64,000 nt of DNA from Bugula neritina (Eukaryota > Animalia > Bryozoa), in contig OZ037766.1 in the NCBI GenBank assembly GCA_964035545.1, positions 17,509,081 to 17,573,080 of the forward strand, read 5' to 3'. Below, piece after piece: positions 38,701-51,086 of this stretch. Every line of letters begins with the position of its first letter. Position 1 is the stretch's first letter. A program made the position numbers and the translations under genes. The notes beneath the pieces are model-generated. The model did not search any database, was not told the DNA's origin, and saw nothing but the letters and a program-made list of their open reading frames with translations.

Positions 38701-41700
38701 AATATTTAATTTAAGTTTGGTGAAAATAAATTTCAATATTATTATTATATTTTATAGCACATTGTCATGTAGGTTAACTAACCATGCCTGACATTGTTGA
38801 ACCACATGCCCTTGTACACATTTCCAGAAGGATACTGCCGGGTCCCATGTCCATGGCGCACATTCTGTACCCACTCACCATCATAGTATGAGCTCCCATC
38901 TGCGGTGTAACTTATAAAACCCTGTGTACCACAATGAGGTATAATGAAGAGTTACGAACAACAACATAACCTAAGGCTGGGAATATATTTCTATAAGTTT
39001 AAAGCCGCCAGACTAATTCAAAGTTTGAAATGGACAAAAAAATTGTAAGAAGCCATCTAAACAAACTAGTCAATTAGAACAATAGATGGCCAAAACGAAG
39101 TATAACTTCTTTACTCCTAAGATGCATGATTGATCAACAAATCAAATACTTTGCCATGTCTGTTTCCTTTAACCCATTCACCAGTGTAGCTCACAGAACC
39201 AGATTTGTCAGTAAAAGTGCCAATGCCATGTCGTAGTCCATTCACCACATCACCCTCATAACAACTACAATACAACAAATCTGTATCTATTTTTAGCATG
39301 CACTAGCAGATGAGCTAGCGCTGTTATATTAGTCCATACATAACTTTAGATTACTTTAAGCCTCAACAGTCTCATTCATATTTTCCCTATTGATCCAAGC
39401 AACTAAATAATAGATGCATACATGTGCTTGTGCATGTGTTTTAATTTATTGTGAATGTCTACCAGGCAATTCAATTTTCATCATAAAACAAACACAACAT
39501 TTGAAATATTTGTGTAAACATATTATACACATCTTTAGTTTGAAAACAATTTTTTATTTCAAATATTTTATAAAGCAGTAGCTATTCCACGGTTTGAAAC
39601 CAGTTAAGATGCCTCTATAATCATATTTTATAAAAATTTTATAAAAATTTTATGTGGTTATACAGCAAAGTTGTCAGTAAATGTTCATCAAAATACCTTT
39701 TGTCTGGCCATGTATATGTGCCTTTACCAGTCACACAATTGTTTAAAAACTCCCCTTCATATTGCAAACCATTTGCCCAAATAAATTTGCCATGCCCATG
39801 CATCATTCCTTCAACAAACTCTCCCTGAAAGAATAATAAACAACTCGTATGCTTTTGCTTTGCCTCAACTAGCAAAAACAAGTATTTTCAGCTCCTGATA
39901 GCCAAAGACATGCTCAAAAATAACATAAATGTATAACTTTAAATAATACATATCTTACATCATAATAATTTCCACCAAAAAACGAGCATTTACCAGGACC
40001 ATCATACATTCCTCTTTTGAATTCGCCTTCATAGCTAAAATAGATAAAATTTTACCATTTGTTATTGTCGATATTATACACGAGCAATTAAATTGGTAAT
40101 GCTAGCACAACTTTTTATAGTTGAGTTGAGTAAGCATACAATTATAATAAATAATGCTAATATAATGTAGGCTAAGCTTGCTTAAATTAAAAAGAGAACC
40201 TTTTATAAATCTTTTTGGGGTGCCCTTGTCTTATATGAGGTAACAGCTGTCGTCTGGGGGTTAGAACATTTGCTTAGTGGGCCATTTTACTTAATTTAGT
40301 ACCAACTGGATATCTTCAGTTTTTAGCTTTTTTTCACAATTCAACTGCTAATGAACATGGGTTTTTTGGCCAAAACTAGTAAAACACCAATAAATACACC
40401 TAAACAATCAAAGTTCTCTTAAATTTTGCTTCATTTCTCGTGTTTTTTCCTAATTACTCAGTTACTTTTGGTTGTGGACCGTTGCGGTTTCTTCGTAACC
40501 GTCTGCACTCCTAATAAGCTAAATATATAAGAAAAAACAAGGGAAATCAAGTAAAATTAAGAAAAGCCTCAATGGTTTCCGTGTGTTTATTGATGCTTTA
40601 TTAGTTTTAGGCAAAAAACCATGTTCATTACCAGCTAAATTGTGAAAAATAGCTAAAAAATGGAGATTTCAGTGGATACTAAATTAAGTAAAATGACCCT
40701 ATTAAACACGAAGTCTTGGGTTTGAACCCTGACAAAAGCCATTGGTGATGTTAGAAAGAGCATCTAATCATAATTGCTCCAGTGCTACATCTGAAAAAGT
40801 CCTTAGCCTGATCTAACAAAAACCCTTTTCATCAGGGGTTTCTCACAGGGATGGCGACATAGACTTGTTGAGCTTTTGCGGTGAGTCTTGTGTTATATAA
40901 CAATTGGAAATTTATTGCTCAGCATTTATTCCCTTGTTAACAGAGAACACGCTATTGTGGTATTTTTGTGGGTTGAATGCAATTAGTGCCTGAACATGCT
41001 CTTTGTTAGAGAGAACAAGATGTGTTGTATAATTGAAGCAATCTTTATTGAGTAGAATGATATAATATTTTAGGTCCTCTGCCAGTGAGCTCCAGTAGTA
41101 GACTGAACTACACTAGAACTCGCTGGCTTTTACATACAGCAAGAGATAGGGTTTTTCCTTTGTTGCCAAGATCGGAGGTCCGAAACGCCGACCTTCGGCA
41201 TTTCGGAAGTCCGAAACGCCGAATTTCGGTGCTTCGGCATTTCGACAGTCCGAAACACCGACCTTCGGCATTTCGGGGCTTCGGCAGCCCAAAATGCCGA
41301 CTATCGGTATTTCGGAAAGCCGAAATGCCGATCTCAGGCAACAACAGGAAACAAGCATATGCAAAAATCTACCACACACACTCCTCCATCGGAAAGCACA
41401 CTTTCCGATAAAAGGGAATGCGACACAAATAACAAAAAAAATGAAGTAACGAAGGGAACAACACAAGAAGTTCTGCACAAGAAATGGTATGACAGGTATA
41501 AAAAAAAATTAACAGAATGCGACATATAAACACCAATATCATGCAAAATAATAAAAACAAAAGAACATGCTCCCTCCACCAGTGTCAACATAAAGCAGTC
41601 TTATTGCTGGTCTGTGTCGCGTGCCCGCTCTAGGGGGCTTACGCGCCGTCTTAGCTCCCCCAACTCCTCCTCATATCGCCTCAGGCGCCGGCGCAGGGAC

Positions 41701-44700
41701 CGGACCTCCTCTTCCAGCTGTATAGATGCAGCGCGGGTGTGGCTGGCGGCGCCATGTTGGGGTCGTTTTCCTTCGCCCGTCGCCAAGGGTCGCCGACTCA
41801 GGTTCGGAGACCCGGACCTGCCGCCTTCGACCCGTGCCAGCATGACGCGAAGTGGCTGGGTGGCCGCTGGTTGAGGTGTTGTGACGAGTTTCTCTTCTAC
41901 CTCCCGGATTGGGCGGCATACGGGAAATTCTTGGGCGAGGGTAGCCCGTTTGGGGGGTCCGCTACGTGGGGCAGCACCAGGTCCCAGAATTTGGGGTAGC
42001 TGGCCTGGTCCACCGCAAACGTGTAGCCCGTGTGGCAGCGTGAGATGCGCTGATGTCTCAGCACGTAATCGCGCTGACAAGAAAACTCGCCGTACGGGCA
42101 AAACACGTTAATGTAGTGCTGCGGGGCGTGAAACCGCAGCTGCCGTGTGGAGGAAAACTTCCTCCAACACTGCTGGCAGATGCGGTTGCCCGGCTTGCCG
42201 CACGTCTGGCCAATTTTCAGGTTGGTCTCCCGGGAAACCAATACTGGCGGGCGACCAAGGCCCGAGGCAAAGCCAGTAATTGGGAACTATCTTCCTTCTC
42301 TGCAGGCTCCCATCGAGCAGTATGCCCTGCTCCTCCCCGGCTGAGAGTTGAAGCTTAGCCGGGTTGGACCCAGGGCCACTGGTGCTAGTGGGAGGCACCC
42401 CTGTTAGTGGAGTGGTGGTGCTGGCTGCTGGGGGCCGGAACAGGGGCCGGTGGAGGGGGGAGTTGGTATAACTCGACCCGACCTCCTCTACATCCAGACA
42501 ATTCCCTACAACAGATAGGAGAGGCTGTGACAAGCCGATTTCTCTATCGACGAATTTCGGCATAGACTTATACGGAGCTAAACTATAAACTGGGGGCCGA
42601 GATGAGTCAGAGAGTGTGACCGAGCCTACGTCTTAGTCCAACAAGAAGTCGTGGACAGGGTCACCTTCCAGATCCATCTTGGTCCCGGGTTCTAATAAGT
42701 CAGATTCCAAAGAATCTAACAAACTCCAATCAACATTAGCTCAGTTGGACTCCGTTTGTGAAGGTTCCAACCTTAAAGGAATACCTGTAGTAACGTTAGT
42801 AGCTTCAATGAGTGTAGCATCCATGTCCAAGTTGGAGTTTGGTTGTGATTTGAAATTAGAATTCAAATTTTGTTCGTCAATTTTAAAATTGAGTGCTGCT
42901 CGCGCGGTGGCTGTAGTAACAATAGCCGAGCCTCGTGGTTCAGAATGTTTACCTGCAACGGCGATGGCCACGTTATCCGTGGAAATTCCCACTAGATTTT
43001 GAAATGATAACTCAGGCGATCGCGCGCCCCCGAAATTCGGTCTGAGTTTTCTTTCTCTTGGTGGAATTCTCCAGAGTATTGGAGGAAGTTGCCAACCAAG
43101 GCAGGGTAGTCTGTCGAGTTAGGGGAACTAGGATCACGAGGGGATAACTCCAGGCATCCTACTGCATAATCTGCCAGGTACCTAGGAGGTCTTTTGTCCC
43201 TCTGGCTCCTTTCAAGCCGTAGGGGTTCTGTCAGGGCTTGCGATTCTTCGACTACTGCGGCGGGGGGGAGAGGGGGGTCCTGTCATCACTGGCGCTATGG
43301 GCGAGGACGTCTTCCTCCGATTGGGGTGGTACCCTCGGGGCCTGTGATTGTTGTAATTGTCACCCCTGTCTTTGTTGCTGTTTTAGTTGTTCCAGTAGGG
43401 CGGCCTGTTCACGCGCTGCCTTTCTCTGAATGACAACTTCCACCTCTCTTGGTTAAGCGACTCTCCTCCGATGGTTGGGCTGGCGATTGGGCTCTAAGAG
43501 GGGTGGAGCCTGACCCACCGCGTCCGGGCTGGCATGGTATGGTTTTAAAGCGCTGCTCGCTCTGGACTGAAACTTGTCCAGAGCGCTCCACACGGTATGT
43601 GTGGTTGGGCAGTACCTCCACTACGCAGTAGGGTCCGACGAACTTGGGCTGAAGCTTAGCCGACTGTCCGCGTCGCCTTCGGTAGCTCACCATCCAGACC
43701 CAGTCTCCCACCTGGTACAACGGGGGCTCTTCTGAGTCTTCTGCGCAGGTCTGCCACTGCTGGGCATGCAGTGCATCATAAGCTTTGCCCATGATTTCTA
43801 TCAGACCTCCTACATACTCGTGTACCGGTGACTTGGGGGCGGGAACATGGTATGTCAGGTGTTCTGGAACCCGCGTCTCCCGACCTAGCATCAGAAAGTT
43901 TGGGGTCTCCTGTGTGGCGGAGTGTGGTGTGCAGCGGTAAACCCGCATGATTTGTGGCGGCACCACGTCCCATTCTTCCTTACCTCGACCGAAGAGCAGG
44001 CTCCTGAGGGCGTCACCCAACATCCTGTTGTTACGCTCGACGACTCCGTTTCTCTTGCGGGTGATTTGGGGTGGTTCGACTCTGGTTCACAATCCATATT
44101 TGGCAGAGGTCTCCCATAAGCTGGGACTGGAACTTGGCGCCCTGGTCCGTATGTATCTGCTCGGGTAACCCGAGGTAACAGAACACATTTTGGTCCAGAG
44201 CCCGGGCCACTGTGGGGGCTGTTGCGTCTGGAATAGCCAGAGCATCTGCCCACCGGGTAAAGTGGTCCGTGAGCACCAATATCCAGGTGTTCCCTCTGGC
44301 GGATAACGGCATGGGCCCAACGAGGTCTACCGCCACTACCTGCCATGGTCGACCAGCGTGTAGCCGGCGTCGACCAGTGGTTTCCGTGGGGCGGGCGGCC
44401 ATGCTTACTAGCTTGGCAGACCTTGCACTGCCGTACCCGCAGTCATACGTCTCGAGTCATTCCGGGCCAATATCAACGCAGCCGCAAACATCTGATGACC
44501 CGACTGACTCCAGAGTGAGCCTGCTTACGGGTGTCCCAGATCAGTTCCTACCGGAGGGCGCGTGGACCGATGATGCAGTCCCTCTCCTGTTGACGGTTCT
44601 CTGCTGCTAACGTTATCATTAAGGGGCCGTCAGGACTGACCTTGAGGGCATCCCAACGACGACAGAGGAGTTGGAACTCAACGTCTCCCTGCTGCTGTTG

Positions 44701-47700
44701 GTCTTTGCTAGGTCGTCGGCCCTCCTTCTTGCCCCGAAATATGTCTGCTACCGCGCCGAGTAGCGTCTCCTGGAGTCGGCACAGCTCCTTGACATTCTGA
44801 TACAGAGTGGGGTTGGTGTGGAGCGCCTGGACAACGTCTGAGTGGGGTTTCGGTCCGAAGATGGCCGTGCTCCCATCGATAGACGGTGCCCGCCCCTAAC
44901 TCTGTTTCCACGCCAAAGCGAGCGGGTCCCCCGTCCCTCTTCGCGATGTGCAGGCATTGCTTACAGTCCCCTACCGGCCGGCGGCTCATGCCGTCGGCGT
45001 TCCCATGCTTCCGGCCTGCACGATGCTCTATTTGGTAGGAGAACTCGGCAAGAATCTCTAGCCAACGAGCCACCTGGCTTGAGGGCTCTGCACGTTTACA
45101 CAGCCATATCAGTGATGCATGGTCTGGTCGCAACCGGAACGTTCTCCCATACAGATATGGCCAAAAGTGCTCGACCGCCTTGACTACTGCTAGGAGTTCC
45201 TTCCTAGTAGTGCGGTAGTTTTTCTCGGCGGCCGCGAGAGCCTTGCTGTAGTAAGCCACGACCACCTCACTTCCACCCTGGACTTGAGACATAACAGCTC
45301 CCACACTGTGGTCGCTGGCGTCAGTGTCCAGGATGTACTCTTTGGCTGGATCAGGATACGCCAGAATTGGCGCCTCCATTAGCCGTTGCTTGAGGTGGTC
45401 GAATGCCTGCTGCTCCTCCTGTGTCCACTGCCACCGGACCCCCTTTGCGGTCAGCCGATTTAACGGCTGAGCCACCCCTGCGAAGCCAGGTATGTACTGC
45501 CGGTATTACCCTACTAGGCCCAGGAATGCTCGCAATTCGGGGAGGTCATGGGGAACAGCCCACTCCTTCACAGCCTGTACCTTCTCTGGGTCGGTAGAGA
45601 CACCGTCACGGCATACCACATGGCCCAGGTACGTGACTTCTGGCAGCAGGAGTGCACACTTGGAGGGCTTCAGCTTCAGTCCAGCTGCCCGGAGACGGTC
45701 AAAGACCTCCCGCAGACGACTGACATGAGTCAAAAAGTTTGGGAAGATTACAATGACGTCGTCCAGATAGATGAGGAGGGTCTTCCAGTGTAATCCACTA
45801 AGGACCTGCTCTATGAGTCGCTGGAAAGTTGCCGGGGCGGACATTAGTCCAAATGGCAGTACTTTCCACTTCCAGAGCCCGTCGCGAGTGACGAATGCTG
45901 CTTTGTCCTTGGCAGTACCCGCTAAGCAGATCCAAAGTACTAAAGTACTTGCTACCCGCGAGGGCGTCCAGCGACGCATCTATCCGTGGGAGAGGGTAGG
46001 CGTACTGGATGGTAACGCTATTGAGTCTGCGGTAGTCCACACAGAACCTCCAGCTACCATCCTTCTTCTTGACCAGGACTACTAAAAAGCTCCACGCACC
46101 GTGGGCAGACTCAATCAGATCCCGGTCGAAAAGATCTTGCACCTGCCGGCTCACCTCCTTCTCCGAGCCTAGGCGTCGGGTTGGCTGCCTGATGGGAATG
46201 GTGCCGGCTGCCAGGGGTATCTCGTGAGAGATAACCTCAGTCAGCCCCATGTCTCCATCGCCATGACTGAAAACATTACTGTACTCCGTGAGTAGTTGAG
46301 CCAGTCCTTGGCGTTCAGTACTACTCGTACAGTTTCCACATGCTCCATCATACAGGTCAGCCATGTGCTCTGGGACTGCTTCTTGGCTGGTGCGAAGGGG
46401 AGGGGGGTTTCCCTGGGTGTCGGCCACTGTTTCCACTGCCGGACCCACATCCGCCTCCTGGATAGAGTGGTACTTCCACACCAGCACTCCAGCCAATAAT
46501 CGGACAGGTTCCGTAAAGGGGTTGATACACTGCACGAGATCTTGCCGACAGTCTAGCCGATTCAGGCTGTTTGCTAGTCGGATCGCTCCGTGCGTTCCCT
46601 CAACCAACCCCAGGCCGGCGATCCCTTTGCAGTTAACTCTGCAGCGGAGGGTCACCTGGGATCTCCCTGGGACCGTGCAGTCCTGTACTACCTGGACTCC
46701 GCCCACCAAGGGCCTGCCAAACTTGTCAACGCAGACAAGTTCTTTTCCAGCCATCACTACCGCCGACCTCTGGAAATCCATGCTACACTGGTGTTTCTCC
46801 AGAAACGGCATTCCCTGGATGGCATCTTCCTTCAGCTGGCGGACTATAAATGTCTCGTGGATTTCCTGATCACGAACATGTCCAGGTAGTGTAATGATGC
46901 CATAGAAAAGAATGCATGATCCGTCCGCCAACGTACCATGCGCACCTTCTTACGGCTCGAGGCTCGCCGCTCTTGGGCGCCAAGGGTGTCAAAGAGACGC
47001 CTACTCAACAAGTTTGTAGTGCACCCAGTATCCAGTAGGAATGTGGCAGCTTTACCCAAAATTTTTCCAGGCAAGAAGTAACTGCTTCTATACGGCTGGG
47101 TGCTCCTGGAGCGGTTAGTCTCTGGGGGAGACACAACTTGGGCCCGCGCAGCGGGCCTCTTCTTAGAGACAACGGAGGTTTTCTGAGGCCGGGAGAGCAG
47201 CTTGGGGTACTCTTGCGAGTAAGCTGAGACCTCCTTCGCGACTTTCTCAAGCAACCCCGCGAGCCGGTTATGGAGTGACCAGGGCGGAGGATCGGGTAGA
47301 CTTTGCGGTCTCCGAGATCTCCAAGGTGCCTGCCATCCTGCGTCTTCTGACTCTATCCGGGTCTTGAATGGCATGGCCGGAGGATCGGGTAAACCTTTCG
47401 GTTTCCGAGATCTCCGAGGTGCCTGCCACCCCATATCGTCAGACTCCGTAGGGGTCTTCTTGGTCATTCTCTGACCCCTCACCCGGATGGGGTTGGCTGG
47501 GGGCCCACGGTCGACGGAAGTTTTCGTGAGCCTCGGTTGTTTAGAGGCAGGCTGCCTTTGGGGCAGTGTCTCTTCACATGCCCAGACGCTCCACATCCCC
47601 AGCAGGTAGGCTGCGAGGGGCAGACAGGGTCGTCCCGTGTTCGGGGAGCCCGCTTATCCACCTGGTTTCATTGTGGTTTGGGTACCGTAGCCTGCAGACC

Positions 47701-49798
47701 CTTCACCATGTCTACCAATACGGCGAGCTGCGCTTGTTCCGGCGACTGGGTCGTCGCTGCTGACACTTATGGAGTTGCGGGTGTGGCGGCCTCTGGGTTC
47801 CCCTCAGCTACCTGATGAGCGGTGAAGCCCTTCTCTTGAAGCCCTTCTACCTGAAAATAGGACTTACCCATTTCCAAGGCATCTTCCAAGGTGCGGACCT
47901 TGGCGGCCAGCCAGTAGCGTTGCAGGCCAGAGTCGTTGACGCTTTTAAAGAACGCGTTGCACACCAGGCGCTTCCTCTCTGCACCGGTGGCGTGGCTGTA
48001 AGCAGCCTGGGCCAACCGTTCCATCGTATTGGCATGTTCTTCCAATGTCGTCCTGCGGTTTCACCTCAGTGCCTGTAGGCGATCCACAGCTTTCTCGGCC
48101 GTCTGGCCGAACCGGGCTCTGAGGGCCCGTAGGATGTGGGCTTCATCAGGCCCAAGAGCAAAGCTCTTGGCCTGGCCTGTTAAACAGGCCCGGAGTTGAA
48201 GCATGCGCACCTGGGCTGGCCATTCAGCGATGGTGGCCACATCTTCAAACTCGCGGATGAACTGCTCTACATCCTCTTCTCCTCCGAAATTCGGGAGCTT
48301 GAGGCGGTACCTGTCACCAGGTGGCGCCTGACTTGTCCCCCGCAATCCCTGAAGGACTGTAACCAAGGCCTCTACCGTGAAGGTTGGCGTCTCTGCCTTC
48401 GTTGCCCCAAGGGCCGTTTCCCCTGGCGGAGCCATCTCGCTCCCCTTGGCAACTAGCTATTCGAAATCCCACCGCTGCCACCAATGTGGTATTTTTGTGG
48501 GTTGAATGCAACTAGTGCCTGAACATGCTCTTTGTTAGAGAGAACAAGATGTGTTGTAAAATTGAAGCAATCCTTATTGAGTAGAATGATATAATATTTT
48601 AGGTCCTCTGACAGTGAGCTCCAGTAGTAGACTGAACTACACCGGAACTCGCTGGCTTTTATATACAGCAAGAAATAGGGTTTTTCCTTTGTTGCCGAGA
48701 TCGGAGGTACGAAATGCCGACCTTTGGCATTTCGGAAGTCTGAAACGCTGAATTTCGGCGCTTCGGCATTTCGGCAGTCCGAAACACCGACCTTCGGCAT
48801 TTCGGGGCTTCGGCAGCCCGAAATGCCGACTATCGGTATTTCGGCATTTTGGAAAGCCGAAATGCCAATCTCGGGCAACAACAGGAAGCAAGCACCTGCA
48901 AAAATCTACCGCACTATAAACTGTGTGATTTCTACCACAGTAATACAGAGTACTGTGTAGGCGCGGCTATAAAGAATATGATAGGTAGGCCTATATATAA
49001 GAATGTGTGCAAAAAATATTTGACCTACAAAAAGTAAAGACAAAAAGAGATTGTGGATACATAAATTAAAAATGTGTTGATGCGCTACAGTGGGTGTTCA
49101 ACCCAGAAGCTAAGATTGTAGAGCACCACCGGATGACACTTAATCTGGAGGTCTTACTTTTTCTACAGATTCATAAAGGAGTTGAAGCTAACACCACCAC
49201 CACCACCAAACCAAATAAACACATTATTACATCAGCCTTCAGACTGTAGAAATACTATGATAAACGGCTATAAAAGCCCTATGTAACATTTTTATATATT
49301 TATTAGTTGTACATCTCAATTTTTTCAATTTAGATTCATTATTTATTACTATTACTACAGCAATTTAATTAACAAAATAATGTACGATAAATTCAACCCT
49401 GTTTAAAAAGAACAAAAAACTAGCAGCATAATTTAAATTAATAATAAAATAAAATTGGAAATGATAAATAAAACACCAGTAATAATCTATTTATACAAAG
49501 ATCTATCTATTTCTAACCTTTCCACCAATATCTCCGTTAGTTTTGTGGCATCTGATAGATCATTTTTTTCATCTGTCAACTGATCGTTTTCCTTTTTAGC
49601 ATCCTCTTGTTCAACCGAGCTTTCATCCCTATGCAATGCTAATGACTCCAAACCACTGTTGTCATGATCAATTTTGGCAGGGGAAGCTATGGATTCTGTG
49701 TTAGAATTATCAACTAGTATAGTTATTTCTTCTCCCTTTTTCTGAGATTTCTTGTCTTCGCCTTTAGAAGTTTTTAATTTCTTCTCTTTCGACGACAT
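29767..49798 (-). CDS. RSPH10B: Radial spoke head 10 homolog B (MORN repeats), 16 coding exons
   Basis: Exons 49798-49518, 40034-39959, 39824-39697, 39264-39150, 38921-38783, 38587-38343, 37093-36952, 36714-36554, 36266-36122, 35785-35680, 35358-35181, 34611-34447, 33959-33768, 32293-32152, 31013-30825, 30074-29767; phases consistent. MORN repeats plus RSPH10-type segments (SQYTLRNTYNGE, FTFKNGRYYEGQF..DHI, MSFLEFFEALV). Confidence 0.93.
32941..33416. mobile_element. MITE with about 200-bp diverged inverted arms (RSPH10B intron)
   Basis: AAATCACTAACAAACAACTCGAAAAATAGACAATT versus AATTGTCTATTTTCGAGTTGTTTATTGGTGATTT; symmetry continues inward. Confidence 0.75.
37253..37998. mobile_element. MITE with AGATCGATCT subterminal repeats
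   Basis: TCACCGGCTTTCCATGAATC versus GATCCATGGAAAACTGGTGA; several GATCGATC motifs at both ends. Confidence 0.65.
40270..40710. mobile_element. Palindromic MITE (arms about 190 bp)
   Basis: CATTTTACTTAATTTAGTA...TAATGAACATGG versus CCATGTTCATTA...TACTAAATTAAGTAAAATG. Confidence 0.75.
40956..41376 (-). repeat. 3' LTR of Gypsy element 1
   Basis: Direct repeat of 48485-48913; about 23 substitutions plus one 8-bp indel by manual count; adjacent purine tract GATGGAGGAGTGTG on the minus strand at 41377-41390. Confidence 0.95.
41601..42992 (-). pseudogene. Extra Gypsy ORF 3' of pol: low-complexity region, C2H2 zinc finger(s), coiled coil
   Basis: CQQC-WRKF-SSTRQL-RFH-APQH fits Cx2Cx3Fx5Lx2Hx3H; a second degenerate finger follows; C-terminal heptads LEEEVRSLRRRLRRYEEELGELRRRV; two stops and two compensating frameshifts. 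Confidence 0.72.
42992..48435 (-). pseudogene. Gypsy gag-pol, disrupted by frameshifts and stops
   Basis: Gag knuckle CWGCGASGHVKRHC, protease FLLDTGC, RT (WRFCVDYRRLN, LPFGL, YLDD), RNase H ILDTDASD, integrase (VAVDLVGP, IHTDQG, GPY), terminal RPPRYLADY. Confidence 0.93.
48466..48483 (-). other. Primer binding site, tRNA-Leu
   Basis: TGGTGGCAGCGGTGGGAT is complementary to the ...ATCCCACCGCTGCCACCA 3' end of animal tRNA-Leu(AAG/TAG). Confidence 0.9.
48485..48913 (-). repeat. 5' LTR of Gypsy element 1
   Basis: Direct repeat of 40956-41376; followed on the minus strand by the PBS. Confidence 0.95.
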
Positions 49799-51086
49799 AA
49801 TAAACAGCTTGAGGAAAATATCAACCTTGTTGTTTGCCTTTTGATCTATAGGCCCTACTCTGACAATCGGGTTAGTAACTGCTAGTCAGATAATAATGCA
49901 TGCTATTATAGCTTATGGGACATTTCTATAGCAACACCATTATCCAATAATATGCTACTGCGAAAGGCTTTGGTCCAATTATGAGTGTTAGGTACACCGT
50001 ACAGCGAGTCAAATTACATTATTTCATGATAGAAATTCACAGGATATCTAAGAGTTGTCTTTGCTTTATCTGCTGACCAAAAAGTTTTGTTCACCACTTG
50101 CTAGGCAGCTGAAATTTGTGTCAGGTTCCGTTTTCATGATCATTTTACTATTTCATTATGATTATGTCTATAATCACTGTCAGATTAGCTTTTATCCAAT
50201 TGCTCACAAGCTTTTAATTTAAAACTAAAACTACAAATATTTAACTTTAAGAACTGATGGTTGTCGCTTCAGATATGAGATAAATTAAAAGATCGAATTC
50301 AACGTCAATCACTATCAGTATCACTATCATTATCAGTATTCAATCTGAATCACTGATGCGGATACTCATACTGATAGTCATATTAATGGTGATAGTGATA
50401 CTGATAACTGTCACAATGTGAAACTGAAAAATGAAGGCCAAAGTAAATATCATTCATTTTAAGTTATTGATTATCAACATTAAAATGCAAAGTTGAAATA
50501 GTCAAATACTGAAGTCAGAAATCGAAGCAGTAGTAATTTAATTTTGGTATACTTATAGTTATACTTATAGTAATAGTTATAATTAAATATAATCTGACAG
50601 TTATAAAATTATTCAATTCAAATAGAATATTTCAATTTATATTTTTAATTTGTAGTTATACTAAAGTCTTAAAATTAATAGTAATACAGATAATAATACT
50701 TATAGTTATAGTAATAGTTATACTTAATAATAACTTATAAACAAGGGAGGGTGTGGCTAAAAGGGGTGGCCACCAGGTGCCGAGTGTGGTGAGAGGTCAT
50801 TGGCACACACGAGTGACGAGATACGACAGGGGCAGAAGAAAGGGTTCTTGATATACCAATGAACGAGTCTAGACGGCCTTAGCTCTACTCACAGATCTAC
50901 TGACTTAACTAAAGGTGAGACGCGCTCTATATGGTGTCAGAAGTGGTCGCAAATAAGTAGAATTAGGTGGAATTTACTTGTTTGGATTCCTTATGATAAC
51001 AGTGGTGGTTGTTATCAATTGATAGAGAAGAAAACTATACGAAACTACTATAGCTTGAATTCTCACGTAAACTTTCACTTTTGAGT

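Larger units (their letters stand above)
40956..48913 (-). mobile_element. Full-length Ty3/Gypsy LTR retrotransposon in RSPH10B intron 1
   Basis: LTRs 40956-41376 and 48485-48913 (TG...CA), TSD CTAT at 40952-40955 and 48914-48917, tRNA-Leu PBS, PPT, gag-PR-RT-RH-IN order. Confidence 0.97.

Noticed and set aside
40713-40880. Possible tRNA-derived SINE (B-box-like GGTTTGAACCC)
   Set aside because: No clear A-box, tail or TSD; cannot be supported without a repeat library.
41614-48456. Many plus-strand ORFs across Gypsy element 1
   Set aside because: Antisense shadows of GC-rich gag-pol; no independent motifs.
48460-48483. tRNA gene
   Set aside because: Only the 3' arm including CCA is present; it is the PBS.
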